Source: Oceanispirochaeta sp.
GTDB lineage: Bacteria > Spirochaetota > Spirochaetia > DSM-2461
Assembly (NCBI GenBank): GCA_963663385.2
Contig: CAXXXD010000002.1
Location: 640,001-704,000 of the forward strand
Length of the DNA stretch: 64,000 nt
Direction of reading: 5' to 3'
A model generated the notes under the pieces. The model was given only the letters and a program-made list of their open reading frames with translations, was not told the origin of the DNA and ran no database searches. Each line of letters opens with the position of its first letter. Position 1 is the first letter of the stretch. Of this stretch, positions 28,376 through 37,623 are shown piece by piece. The translations under genes were made by a program, and so were the position numbers.

Positions 28376-30205
28376 ATGAGGTTTAACAGTTCCATGATTA
28401 ACGATCCTCGTCCTTATACCCGCTGGTGGTGGTTTTCCGGAACCATATTGAACAGTGATATTGATAACCAGCTTGACTGGATAGCCGAACAGGAGTTCGG
28501 CGGTGTTGAGATTGCCTGGGTTTATCCGCAGAAGGGAACAGATCCCGGAGATGGCGCCCGTTTCCTGGAGCCCGATTTTATGGCTTCAATCCATTATGCC
28601 GCCGAAGGCTGCAGGGTTCGCGGGCTGGGTGTCGATCTGACTTTCGGCAGTCTCTGGCCTTTTAACGGGACTTTTATTCCCGAAGAACATACAAGTAAAA
28701 CTCTCTCGGGGTTTTCAGACCAGAATGTGGATCGTTCCTGGGAGAGCCGGTACTCGGCAGATCCCTCTCCTGTACTTGATCATGTCAGCAGAGAGGCTCT
28801 GGAGTGGTATGCCGGATATCTGCTGGATAAGGGATTCTCTGAAGTTAAAGCCGGTTCTTTCTTCTGCGATTCTTGGGAAGTGGATCCCATATTGCTCGGA
28901 TACGAAGGTATTTTTGAAGATTTTTATAAAGAATACGGGTATGAACTCACTCCCTGTCAGGAAACACTTGATAGCTGTGCCGATGTAAGATTTGATTACA
29001 GAAAACTGCTTTCCGATAAAATCCTCAGCTCTTTCTATGGGCCCTATCGTGAGATATGCCATAAGGCCGGCACACTGGCCCGGGTTCAGTGCCACGGGGC
29101 TCCCACGGACATTCTGGCAGCCTACGGGCTTAGTGATATACCCGAGACGGAAACGCTCCTGTTTGATCCTGATTTTGCTCTTATTGCGGCTTCAGCCGCT
29201 GCAATGACAGATAAACCTGTCGTTTCAAGCGAGTCATTTACCTGCCTTTACGGATGGATTCCTTCCGGTATTGCTCCTCCCGGTATGGGAGAGGAACAGA
29301 TCCGTGACCTCCGCTGCGTGGCAGATGCCCAGTTCGCCTGGGGGGTAAACCGTGTTGTCTGGCATGGCATGCCTTTCAGTACGGAAGACCGCCCGGCCCG
29401 TTTCTATGCAACCGTTCACGTGGGGCCCGATGGGGGACTGGCTCCCTATCTCCCCTCTTTCAACCGCTATCTGGCTGCCGTAAGTGACTATATGAGCCGG
29501 GGAGAGAGCGTTTCCCGGCTTGCGGTCTATCTGCCTCTTGAAGACCAGTGGATGAGGGATGAAGTGCCGGATACACTGAAAAAGCCGAGCAGCAACTGGC
29601 ACTGGGAGCTGCAGGAGCTGAAGATGGATTATGACCTTCTTCCCTACCGTCCGCTCTGGTTTTCAGCCTCCTGGCTTGAAGAACTTGAGTTTACGGAGGG
29701 GAAACTGCTGTACCATGATCGTGATATCGGGGCTCTGTACTGCGATAGCGAGTGGATGCTCTGCAGTTCCCTGGAGAAACTGACGGAGCTGGTGGAAGCC
29801 GGGGCTCCTGTCATCTTTAATCGTCTGCCTGAAGAGCCGGGAAAAGTCCGCCATGAGGCCTATGACAAATTGACAGGAAGAATTCAGAACTCTCATATGA
29901 CATCATTAAAGGATATTCCTCCATTGATTAAGTCGGATGTCTCCCTTGAATACTGGTGTCGAAGAGAGGGGGATAAACTGTTTTTCTTTTTTGCTCACCC
30001 CCAGATGCAGGGACTCCGTTATCCCATGCCGTACGGGTATGGGGATACCCTTAAGGAACAATCTGCAACGGTTGAGATTTTTCCGGATATCGGTTCCGAA
30101 TCGCCATATACCCTTAATCTTGAATTCGGAGCTGTCGAAAGTCTCCTGTACGAGGTTGATACGGAAAGGGGGAGTATCAGACGGGTTGAACTGGATTTCC
30201 TTTGA
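28376..30205 (+). CDS. Glycoside hydrolase, GH106 (alpha-L-rhamnosidase)-like
   Basis: RPYTRWWW, GGVEI, FCDSWE, DIPETE, SSESFT, GVNRVVWHG. Confidence 0.72.
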   Translation: MRFNSSMINDPRPYTRWWWFSGTILNSDIDNQLDWIAEQEFGGVEIAWVYPQKGTDPGDGARFLEPDFMASIHYAAEGCRVRGLGVDLTFGSLWPFNGTFIPEEHTSKTLSGFSDQNVDRSWESRYSADPSPVLDHVSREALEWYAGYLLDKGFSEVKAGSFFCDSWEVDPILLGYEGIFEDFYKEYGYELTPCQETLDSCADVRFDYRKLLSDKILSSFYGPYREICHKAGTLARVQCHGAPTDILAAYGLSDIPETETLLFDPDFALIAASAAAMTDKPVVSSESFTCLYGWIPSGIAPPGMGEEQIRDLRCVADAQFAWGVNRVVWHGMPFSTEDRPARFYATVHVGPDGGLAPYLPSFNRYLAAVSDYMSRGESVSRLAVYLPLEDQWMRDEVPDTLKKPSSNWHWELQELKMDYDLLPYRPLWFSASWLEELEFTEGKLLYHDRDIGALYCDSEWMLCSSLEKLTELVEAGAPVIFNRLPEEPGKVRHEAYDKLTGRIQNSHMTSLKDIPPLIKSDVSLEYWCRREGDKLFFFFAHPQMQGLRYPMPYGYGDTLKEQSATVEIFPDIGSESPYTLNLEFGAVESLLYEVDTERGSIRRVELDFL

Positions 30206-30226
30206 ATCATAATACCACTCACCAAC

Positions 30227-32044
30227 TTAAAACTGTCGTATTGCTATGGTCCTGCAATTGCTGGAATCCTTGCTGCAGTTGTAGACGGATTGAGTACTCC
30301 CTGAGTTGGAAATATATCTGAACGAAGAAGCATTCGGTTGGGTGGATGAGGCCATATCTATAGTAGAATTTTTTAGATAAGTGTTATTAATAAGATGAGA
30401 TGCTTCATCTATACTCGGCATATACCAGTCTGTGAAGCCTCCAAGAGTGGAGTTCCTGCAAAAAGAGGCTAACACCGCATTTTCTCCTATTTTCTGCAGA
30501 ATAATATCTGTATTACTCTTTCCGGTACCCAGAATATATGCAGTTCCCGGAATATCTGTATTGGCTTCGCTGGCTGTTGCCCATATGCCGTAATCTGAAT
30601 AATCTCCATATTCCAGGTAACGCCATCCTTCACTGTAACCGGTTTTATCATAAAACAATTTTCCGCCGGAAGGACCAGTCGCATCCATTACGAATGCTTT
30701 TGTCGCAACACCGTAGCTGCCTGCTATTCCTGATCCATCTGTAGCCGCAGCCGTGATCGTGGCAGAGCCAGCTCCATCAGTGATTCCTGTTATCTCTCCT
30801 GAAGAAACCGAAACATCACTGCTGCTGCATGCCCAAGTTAAAGTCTGATTAGTTGCCGTTGAAGGATTGATCTCAACTGTTAACTGTTCTTTTACTCCCG
30901 GAAGATAATAGCTGTATTTGCCGCCAAGTGTTATTGATTCGATAAGAATTCCCGCCATCCCGGTTCCAGCTGTGGAAAAGGCAGTGGATCCCGTGCTGTT
31001 CCTGGCAATTATCCAGACATTGTAGTCAGTATAGTTATCAAGACCTGTAAATGTGCAGGATGTCGTTGTCAGATCGGTCGGGCCGTTTGCCGTATCAGGT
31101 CTTGTCTCGGCAGCTTTGCAATAGTAGACATCATATGTAGTGGAAGAGCTGTTGGATGAAGTCCAGGAAACGTCCAGCATTCCGCTTCCCGCTGCATAGG
31201 GAACCGCAGAGACTGTAACGTCTGTGACAACTGCCGGTTTGGTCCTGAAGGAAACCTGTGTACCGTATCCGGTGGAAATCCCGTTGGAGGCATAGGCTCT
31301 TATATAATAGAGGGTATCACAGGTCAGGTTTTTCAGCTGATTGGAATATTCTCCTGTTCCGGTTGTTCCGTCGCTGATGAAATTGTCATGAATCGTCGGA
31401 CTCGGTTCGGTTCCCCAGCAGATGCCCCTTTCAATGATATCAGTTCCTCCGTCGTTTGTAATATCACCGCTGCAGTTGGCGGTTGTGGCTTCGATACTGC
31501 TGACACTGCCGGTTGTCAGAATTATGACTCCCCCGGCTCCGGTGAGGGTGAAACTGCAGGAAGGGGTATTAAAATCATTGGAGGGAATGGTTACTCTCGC
31601 GGATTTAGCCCCTTCCGATTCCGGTGTAAAGCTGACAGTAAATGAAGTAGTGCCATCGACAGCAACTTCAGCTGCCGGAGTTGCTGTTAAGGTGAATGTA
31701 TCCTCTTCCGTATCGGATCCCATGGTCATTACCAGACCGGATAGATCTATTGACAGAGGACTTTCCCCGGAATTTTTTATAGTGAATGTAACTTCATTTG
31801 ATTTTCCGACAGATACCTGATCAAAATCGTAATTCCCTTCATCTTTCAGGGTTGAGTCTGTTCCGTAAGCTATAACCAGAACCGGTGAAATAGCATCCGC
31901 CCTCATCACGTCAATTTCATCTATCAGATTATTTTTACAGGAAAAAAGGACCAGTATAGTCAGTCCCGCCATAAGGAGAGAAGCCCCCCCCCGGGGGGAA
32001 AGTAATACGGATGGTTTCTGTTTTTTTGTTTGAAAATTCCTCAT
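30227..32044 (-). CDS. Surface lipoprotein with Ig-like (choice-of-anchor D-like), FN3, Big_2 and C-terminal DUF1566/Lcl-like domains
   Basis: LVLFSC lipobox; FTIKNSG..FTVSFTP..G.KSA; YYIRAYA; INPSTATNQTLTW; GPSGGKLFYD..GWRYLE..DWYMPS.DE. Confidence 0.75.
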   Translation of the reverse strand: MRNFQTKKQKPSVLLSPRGGASLLMAGLTILVLFSCKNNLIDEIDVMRADAISPVLVIAYGTDSTLKDEGNYDFDQVSVGKSNEVTFTIKNSGESPLSIDLSGLVMTMGSDTEEDTFTLTATPAAEVAVDGTTSFTVSFTPESEGAKSARVTIPSNDFNTPSCSFTLTGAGGVIILTTGSVSSIEATTANCSGDITNDGGTDIIERGICWGTEPSPTIHDNFISDGTTGTGEYSNQLKNLTCDTLYYIRAYASNGISTGYGTQVSFRTKPAVVTDVTVSAVPYAAGSGMLDVSWTSSNSSSTTYDVYYCKAAETRPDTANGPTDLTTTSCTFTGLDNYTDYNVWIIARNSTGSTAFSTAGTGMAGILIESITLGGKYSYYLPGVKEQLTVEINPSTATNQTLTWACSSSDVSVSSGEITGITDGAGSATITAAATDGSGIAGSYGVATKAFVMDATGPSGGKLFYDKTGYSEGWRYLEYGDYSDYGIWATASEANTDIPGTAYILGTGKSNTDIILQKIGENAVLASFCRNSTLGGFTDWYMPSIDEASHLINNTYLKNSTIDMASSTQPNASSFRYISNSGSTQSVYNCSKDSSNCRTIAIRQF

Positions 32045-32085
32045 AACAAGGGGGCTCCTTTTTTCTTTTTTTAAGATGGAAACAG

Positions 32086-34170
32086 TCAGAACCAGAGGAC
32101 TCGGGTGTCTTCCGCTTCCGCTGCTCTTGTCATGGATGATCCTGAACCGGAAACAACCGCAACATGAGCGTACTGTTCGGCCAGTTCGGGATCCAGTCTT
32201 CTCAGTTCTTCGAGGGCGGCATCCGCCTCGTTCTGATTTCCCGATGCGGCGGCGGCTTTGGCCAGATTGAACTGCAGTCTCGCATTACGGGGCAGCTGTT
32301 CCGCCGCCTCCCGGTAGTACCCGTAGGCTGTTTCGGCATCCGACTGGAGCAGGGAAATATTTCCCAGATTGACCAGGGCCGATGCATTGCCTGCGTTGGC
32401 CGCCTCTTTCAGATACTTCACCGCATCCGGATAGAACCCGTATTTCGCATAGAGAATCCCCCGGTTGTTGGCCGCTTTGGCATAGGAGGGACCTTTGTCC
32501 AGGGGGCCGAGCCGATCCAGTCTCGCATTCAGCTCGTTGTTTGACGCAATGGTCTTTTCGGCAGTAAAGTTCCTGAGAATTTCATCCGGCCGGGGAAGCT
32601 TTATTGCGGAACCGTCAGCGGGAAGGCCGACAGGGGCATACAGATTCCAGGCTTCATGAACCGGGTAGAGGGCCGCTTTATTATCCCCGGAGGCATTCCG
32701 CCACTGCTCGGCTGCTTTTTTCCAGACTTCCGTGAAGCCGGCACTGCGCATGGTTGTTTCGATGGGAACCCAGACCTTATCATCCCGGACAATCAGATCA
32801 TTCAGGTTCATGCCCCGGGCTGCTGCCCGGGAGGCACTCATTCCAAGGTCTGCGGCGATAAAAATATGTCCGGGAACTGTGATAAAGGCGGTTTCAATTC
32901 CTGCAGCCTCGAAACAGGACGCATAGAGGACGGACAGGTCCGCACAGTCTCCGGCACGGAACCCAAGGGTCTGACGGGGGTATTTCAGGGTGTCCACAGT
33001 CGCCGTATCTACGATCTCTTTGGCAAAAGGCCGGTTGGGGCTGAGCATATAACTGATTCCGTAGGCTTTTAAACCCTCATGGATAGCGATAGCAGTCTGC
33101 AGATTCTTTGTCAGTTCCGGATTTCTTTCCGCCATAACCGTGGCCATTATGTTCCCGGTCAGATCCATTACCCATGGATCTTTGCTGGAAACGAAGGCTG
33201 CCGCTTTCCGGTCGTCGCTCCATGTCAGGGCATTCCGGTCATAGACAAGAACTGATGTCCCCCGGCTCTCTTCCATGCCGTTATAATCCACCAGAATCTC
33301 GCCGCTGACTTTAGTCGATTCGGTAATACCCAGAACACTGTCGTTGAAAAGTGCATAGAGTGGAACCTGAACAGACTCTCCGGGAGAAAGATTATTTATA
33401 GTATAGCTCTCCCGGGGGGCATCCATATACTGGCGGATGATAAAACTGACCCTGAGATTTTCAAGATTTTTTTTGCCCGTATTGGTAATGGTTGCTGAAC
33501 CGATCCGGCTGTCTTCATACTGTGATCTGAGACTGGGGAAAAGGTCGTTTACCTCGATTGAATAAAAATCCAGCATCCTGGGGGGAAGGGGTGAAGACTT
33601 TTCCGATACCGGGATATGGTAGCTGATGCCGAAGACCGCTCCGAGACCGGCTGTCAGTCCTGACTTATAAACAGCCGCTGTTTCCAGGCGGGCCGACCAG
33701 GCATCGCTTATCCTGAAGTCCAGACCGATTCCCGACTGGCCTGATCCGTAGGTTGTCGTTTTTCCCGTACTCAGTCTGCCGTAGGTCATTCCGGCATCCA
33801 GAAATCCGAGAAAAGTCAAACGCGAAGTCAGGCCGTAGCCGTAAACCAGTCCGGCCTGTGCGGAAACTTCCATAAGAGATCCTTTGACTTTCACATCTTC
33901 TACGGGCTGAAGGGGGGCTGCTGTATAAGCTCCGCCCAGGCGCAGGGAGAAGGGGCCTGCTGTCTGAATCCTGCGTTCCGCAGAGAGAGTTCCGCCCCAG
34001 GATGAGTTCAGTATTTCATTGGACTCAAAATCGCTGGTGACTGAAGGGTAATAATAAACGGGTGCTGAAAAGAGGGACCAGTTTGAATCGTATGAATCCG
34101 CTGCCTGGAGTAAGGGACTGAAGCTGAGTACCGGTAACAGTATAAAGGTGAATTTCCAGGATTTCATCAT
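32086..34170 (-). CDS. Exported protein: barrel-like N-terminus, Ig-like domain, transglutaminase-like domain, TPR repeats
   Basis: Signal peptide; amphipathic strands ending GISYH; GDCADLSVLYAS..AAGIETAFITVPGHIF..WVPIETT; NNRGILYA and NLGNI TPRs. Confidence 0.7.
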   Translation of the reverse strand: MMKSWKFTFILLPVLSFSPLLQAADSYDSNWSLFSAPVYYYPSVTSDFESNEILNSSWGGTLSAERRIQTAGPFSLRLGGAYTAAPLQPVEDVKVKGSLMEVSAQAGLVYGYGLTSRLTFLGFLDAGMTYGRLSTGKTTTYGSGQSGIGLDFRISDAWSARLETAAVYKSGLTAGLGAVFGISYHIPVSEKSSPLPPRMLDFYSIEVNDLFPSLRSQYEDSRIGSATITNTGKKNLENLRVSFIIRQYMDAPRESYTINNLSPGESVQVPLYALFNDSVLGITESTKVSGEILVDYNGMEESRGTSVLVYDRNALTWSDDRKAAAFVSSKDPWVMDLTGNIMATVMAERNPELTKNLQTAIAIHEGLKAYGISYMLSPNRPFAKEIVDTATVDTLKYPRQTLGFRAGDCADLSVLYASCFEAAGIETAFITVPGHIFIAADLGMSASRAAARGMNLNDLIVRDDKVWVPIETTMRSAGFTEVWKKAAEQWRNASGDNKAALYPVHEAWNLYAPVGLPADGSAIKLPRPDEILRNFTAEKTIASNNELNARLDRLGPLDKGPSYAKAANNRGILYAKYGFYPDAVKYLKEAANAGNASALVNLGNISLLQSDAETAYGYYREAAEQLPRNARLQFNLAKAAAASGNQNEADAALEELRRLDPELAEQYAHVAVVSGSGSSMTRAAEAEDTRVLWF

Positions 34171-34354
34171 TCCTCCGGCATAGGCAAAAATTGTTCCATA
34201 ATCGTTTATTCAGATCACAGCTGAAAAAGAGTTTCAATCTCTTATGAGTTATTACAGAAACTACCACAGGAAAGAAGCAAGATCGTTCAGAAGTGCATTT
34301 CTGAACCTTTTTTCTATGAATCAGGATGAGAATTTGCCGTTTGAAGATGTTTTT

Positions 34355-35422
34355 CTAAATAGTATTGCTCCTGCGGAATTCACTGGGTGTCATTCCGTAT
34401 CGCTGTTTAAAAATTGTATTGAAAGTGCTTTTGGAGTTGAATCCGGTATAGAATGCAACCTCCAGAATATTCATGGAACGTTTTTCCAGGAGGATAACTT
34501 TTGCTTCCTCAAGACGGCGGGTATTTATAAGAGATCTGAAGTTCATTTCATATTTACGATTTACCAGCCGGGACATCTGATTCTCGGTAATGCCTATCAG
34601 TTCGGCAACCTGTCTGACAGATATATCAGAACGCGAATAGATGCGGTCTTTTTCTATCAGGACTTTAAGCTTCTGATCAGCTTCTTCAAGCCAGAGAGGA
34701 TTCTCATCCTTTTTCGGTGCCGGGGCCCTGGCGGGCATAAACAGCTGTGTTTCCTTAGGGTATCTGTAGGTAAACAGGATGGATGTGAACCCGAAGATTC
34801 CATATAAAACTATTGCGGCCATAACCAGAACATCGCTTTTAATAAAATGGGTTAACAGCATCATCGATGAACAGGTAAGGAACAGGACCGAAAGTATAAA
34901 GATCAGAAGGTTATAGTTATTTCTTTTACTCGAAATAATGCCTTTCTTTATAAGAAACAAGAAAAGAGCAGCTGCACATATTACAAAGAAATAATCTGAG
35001 AGGGAATTCAGAATCCGGAGTCTCTCAGGAAGAGCAAAATAGGGATGATAACTCCCGTCTGTATATTTGATTTCAACCGGATCTACAACATTAAGGAGAA
35101 CAATCACACTGAAAATAATTAAGAGCCACAAGAAAACGGGGATGATATACTGGTTTTTTTTCTGTATTGAATCAGTGATCATAGTAAAGTAAAGAAAAAG
35201 GAGTGGCCCGATAAAAAATGAGACGGCCGCATCGGTTCCATACAGGATTTCAGGAAGAACTGATGAATTATACATCCAGATATAAAACATATAATAGGCA
35301 AGGGAAAAGTACATAAAGGAAATAATATAGTTGAAAAAAGTCTTGTTTTTATAAACCAGCTGAATGACCCCTGCCAGAGAAAGACAAAGACTTGTTGCAA
35401 ATAAAAGGGATAAAACAATCAT
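34355..35422 (-). CDS. AraC family regulator with multi-TM sensor domain
   Basis: About 7 TM segments, then NFRSLINTRRLEEAK..EVAFYTGFNSKSTFNTIFK..GMTPSEFR. Confidence 0.92.
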   Translation of the reverse strand: MIVLSLLFATSLCLSLAGVIQLVYKNKTFFNYIISFMYFSLAYYMFYIWMYNSSVLPEILYGTDAAVSFFIGPLLFLYFTMITDSIQKKNQYIIPVFLWLLIIFSVIVLLNVVDPVEIKYTDGSYHPYFALPERLRILNSLSDYFFVICAAALFLFLIKKGIISSKRNNYNLLIFILSVLFLTCSSMMLLTHFIKSDVLVMAAIVLYGIFGFTSILFTYRYPKETQLFMPARAPAPKKDENPLWLEEADQKLKVLIEKDRIYSRSDISVRQVAELIGITENQMSRLVNRKYEMNFRSLINTRRLEEAKVILLEKRSMNILEVAFYTGFNSKSTFNTIFKQRYGMTPSEFRRSNTI

Positions 35423-35534
35423 TACAATTACCTCTCAGCTGAAAAACAAAACCTGAGGAATCCTCAATTCTCCCAGGCAATTTATCATTTCTCCGGAATT
35501 TTGTCATTGTTTATCCTCTCAGAACTGAAGGCAC

Positions 35535-35695
35535 TTTCCCGGCCCCTGCGGACAGCAGATCCGGCTGTCTGGGCAGGGCTTCTTTCGCCTCCTGTTCGGA
35601 AAAGAGATCGGCTTTGCGCAGGATGCTTGTTATGACCTGGCTCTGGCAGGGGAAGAGATAGGCCAGATCGAATACTCCGGCGGCGATTGGTCCAT
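35535..35695 (-). pseudogene. recQ: Decayed 5' fragment of recQ
   Basis: Reads MDQS-(deletion of about 22 nt)-AAGVFDLAYLFPCQSQVITSILRKADLFSEQEAKEALPRQPDLLSAGAGK, collinear with MDQSPDLLTRTAAEVFGLTYLFPYQRLVITNILRKAGLFSREEAEEAPPNQVVLLPTGAGK at 57533. Confidence 0.85.
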
Positions 35696-35997
35696 ATTTT
35701 CAGAGCTGATACTGGTTTAGGCATAAAAAAACCTCTCCATCATAGAGAGGTATTGAGTAACACCTGTAAAGGCAATGACCTAAGTAAATAACCGTATCAT
35801 TCTGTTTTCTCAAGTGGTTTGATTTATTAACAGTCACAAGTATGTCTTCGTTTTCAATCCATACCAGAAGGTAAATTAAAAATAGAAACATAAGCGCTAC
35901 AAAGTAGGAAAATAAAAAAACCTATATAGTTCTACCTTATTGGAAAAGGCATGCAACTTTTCAATTTAAAATCATCTAATAATAAATGATATTTTAA

Positions 35998-36026
35998 ATA
36001 ATATCGAACAGGCAAACAAATGTCAA
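35998..36026 (-). promoter_or_regulatory. Sigma70-type promoter facing the recQ remnant and AraC module
   Basis: TTGACA-17 nt-TATTAT on the minus strand. Confidence 0.55.
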
Positions 36027-36260
36027 GTATATTTAAATCATTTAATCTGTGGGCTGTTCGCCCGTTCAGTTTCAGCTGTTCCTTTCCGCTCCCTGCGGAG
36101 TTTCTTTCGCTCCTGGCGCGCCGTTTCGCCGTTTTATCTCTTTCTGACGTTTGTCAGATGAGCATCAATGCTTTGCCGGTTTCAGTTTCCCCAGCGGGGC
36201 TGGAAAAATAACAGGAGCCTATCTCATTCTTCACAAGAAGCTTCTTATTTGATTGAAAAG

Positions 36261-36296
36261 AATCACGAAAGTGCAGTAGGATACACTCTCGTGATT
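36261..36296 (-). terminator. Intrinsic terminator of the RRM gene
   Basis: Minus strand AATCACGAGAGTG...CACTTTCGTGATT (one G-U pair) followed by CTTTT. Confidence 0.6.
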
Positions 36297-36351
36297 CAGA
36301 GAGTCACTATTTTCCACTTGCTAGATAGCTCTGAAGGCTGTCAGGAACAGA

Positions 36352-36618
36352 TTAAAACCTTCGACTATCCTGGCGTTCCACTGCCTCATTGACCCGTAGG
36401 TTACGGCCGTCAAGTTCTTTTCCATTGAAGGTCGAAATAGCTGCTGCAGCAGCATCGTCTTCTGCCATTTCAATAAATCCAAACCCTTTGGATCGGTTTG
36501 TATCCCGATCTGTAATGATACGGGTAGAGATTACTTCTCCATACTGTGCGAAAAGTTCGATGAGATCGTCTTCGATGGTATTCCAGCTAAGGTTACCAAC
36601 ATAAATTTTCTTAGACAT
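36352..36618 (-). CDS. RRM (RNP-1) RNA-binding protein
   Basis: IYVGNL (RNP2), RSKGFGFIEM (RNP1), GRNLRVNEA; start MSKK after GGAGA. Confidence 0.95.
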   Translation of the reverse strand: MSKKIYVGNLSWNTIEDDLIELFAQYGEVISTRIITDRDTNRSKGFGFIEMAEDDAAAAAISTFNGKELDGRNLRVNEAVERQDSRRF

Positions 36619-36770
36619 AATGTCTCCTATCCCGGAATGTTCCGGTATGTATAATTTTACTGAATGATTATTGAACTGCGGGAATCGGAATTGAAGACAG
36701 GAAACAAAAAATTGGTTACTTTTAAAACAATTATACGGTTCTACATTAAAAAGATCAGACTGTAGTCCAG

Positions 36771-36799
36771 ATAATATGTGGTTTCCTGACAAATGTCAA
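36771..36799 (-). promoter_or_regulatory. Sigma70-type promoter of the RRM gene (5' UTR about 145 nt)
   Basis: TTGACA-17 nt-TATTAT on the minus strand. Confidence 0.65.
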
Positions 36800-37330
36800 C
36801 ATCCGGGCCTGTAAGAAACCGAAAACTGTTTGTTTCAATGATTAATTGTACAGATAAATTCGCCATATCCACAGGTTTATATATAACTTAGCTTTCTAAA
36901 AAAATATAAAACTATCATTATGATCAACTTGTAAACGAGAAAGACTGCTTTAATACAGAGTACGATACCTATCGATCAGGCTTTGAAACGGAGAATTCCT
37001 ACTACAGGAATATTACGCGCGACTTAAACAGTTATCCGTTCAATTACGGCCATGCCCCTTCCTTGATGAAAAACTCTTCAGCTTCTTGGGCATGCTAAAC
37101 CGGAAAGTCAAGTTAGAAGGCCGGGACAGACTGTTAAGACAGACTTTAAAAACAAACGATGGTGAACAGTCAATATATTTTGTGTAGGGGAACAAAAAGC
37201 AGAAAACACTTTATCTATAAATAGCACTATTACCAAAGCAGTTTGATTTGACACGATGATATAAAAAGTATTAGTAATATATTCTGTAACCAATTAATAA
37301 ATAATTAGTTAATATATAGATTATCTCATG

Positions 37331-37564
37331 TTATTCTTCATTCCGAGACTTTTTGTGGAATAGAGAATACTGAACGATTCCCCACAACAGTCCGACACCA
37401 ACCAGTACAAGCACTCCTATCCATGGAACAATTCCCAGTAGGTACAAAATCAAATTGAAAAGGCCGAATATAACACCTGTCAGAAAAAGATATACCAATA
37501 ACCAGACCCATACAGGTTTATCGATTAGAAATTCCCTCAATCGGCTATTTTTCTTTTCACTCAT
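37331..37564 (-). CDS. Small two-TM membrane protein
   Basis: 77 aa, strong GGAGG RBS, two hydrophobic segments; downstream of radical SAM copy 1. Confidence 0.65.
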   Translation of the reverse strand: MSEKKNSRLREFLIDKPVWVWLLVYLFLTGVIFGLFNLILYLLGIVPWIGVLVLVGVGLLWGIVQYSLFHKKSRNEE

Positions 37565-37623
37565 ACTGACACCTCCCCAGGTAAATCTCTCATTCCGGTT
37601 AGATCCTTTATGGAAATTCTCCG

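Noticed and set aside
30227..30700. Diversity-generating retroelement target (DUF1566/C-type-lectin-like C-terminus)
   Set aside because: No reverse transcriptase and no template repeat differing at adenines was seen in the window.
35485..35891. ORF-track proteins of 79 aa and 63 aa
   Set aside because: The 79-aa ORF is an off-frame reading of the recQ remnant; the 63-aa ORF has no recognisable features.
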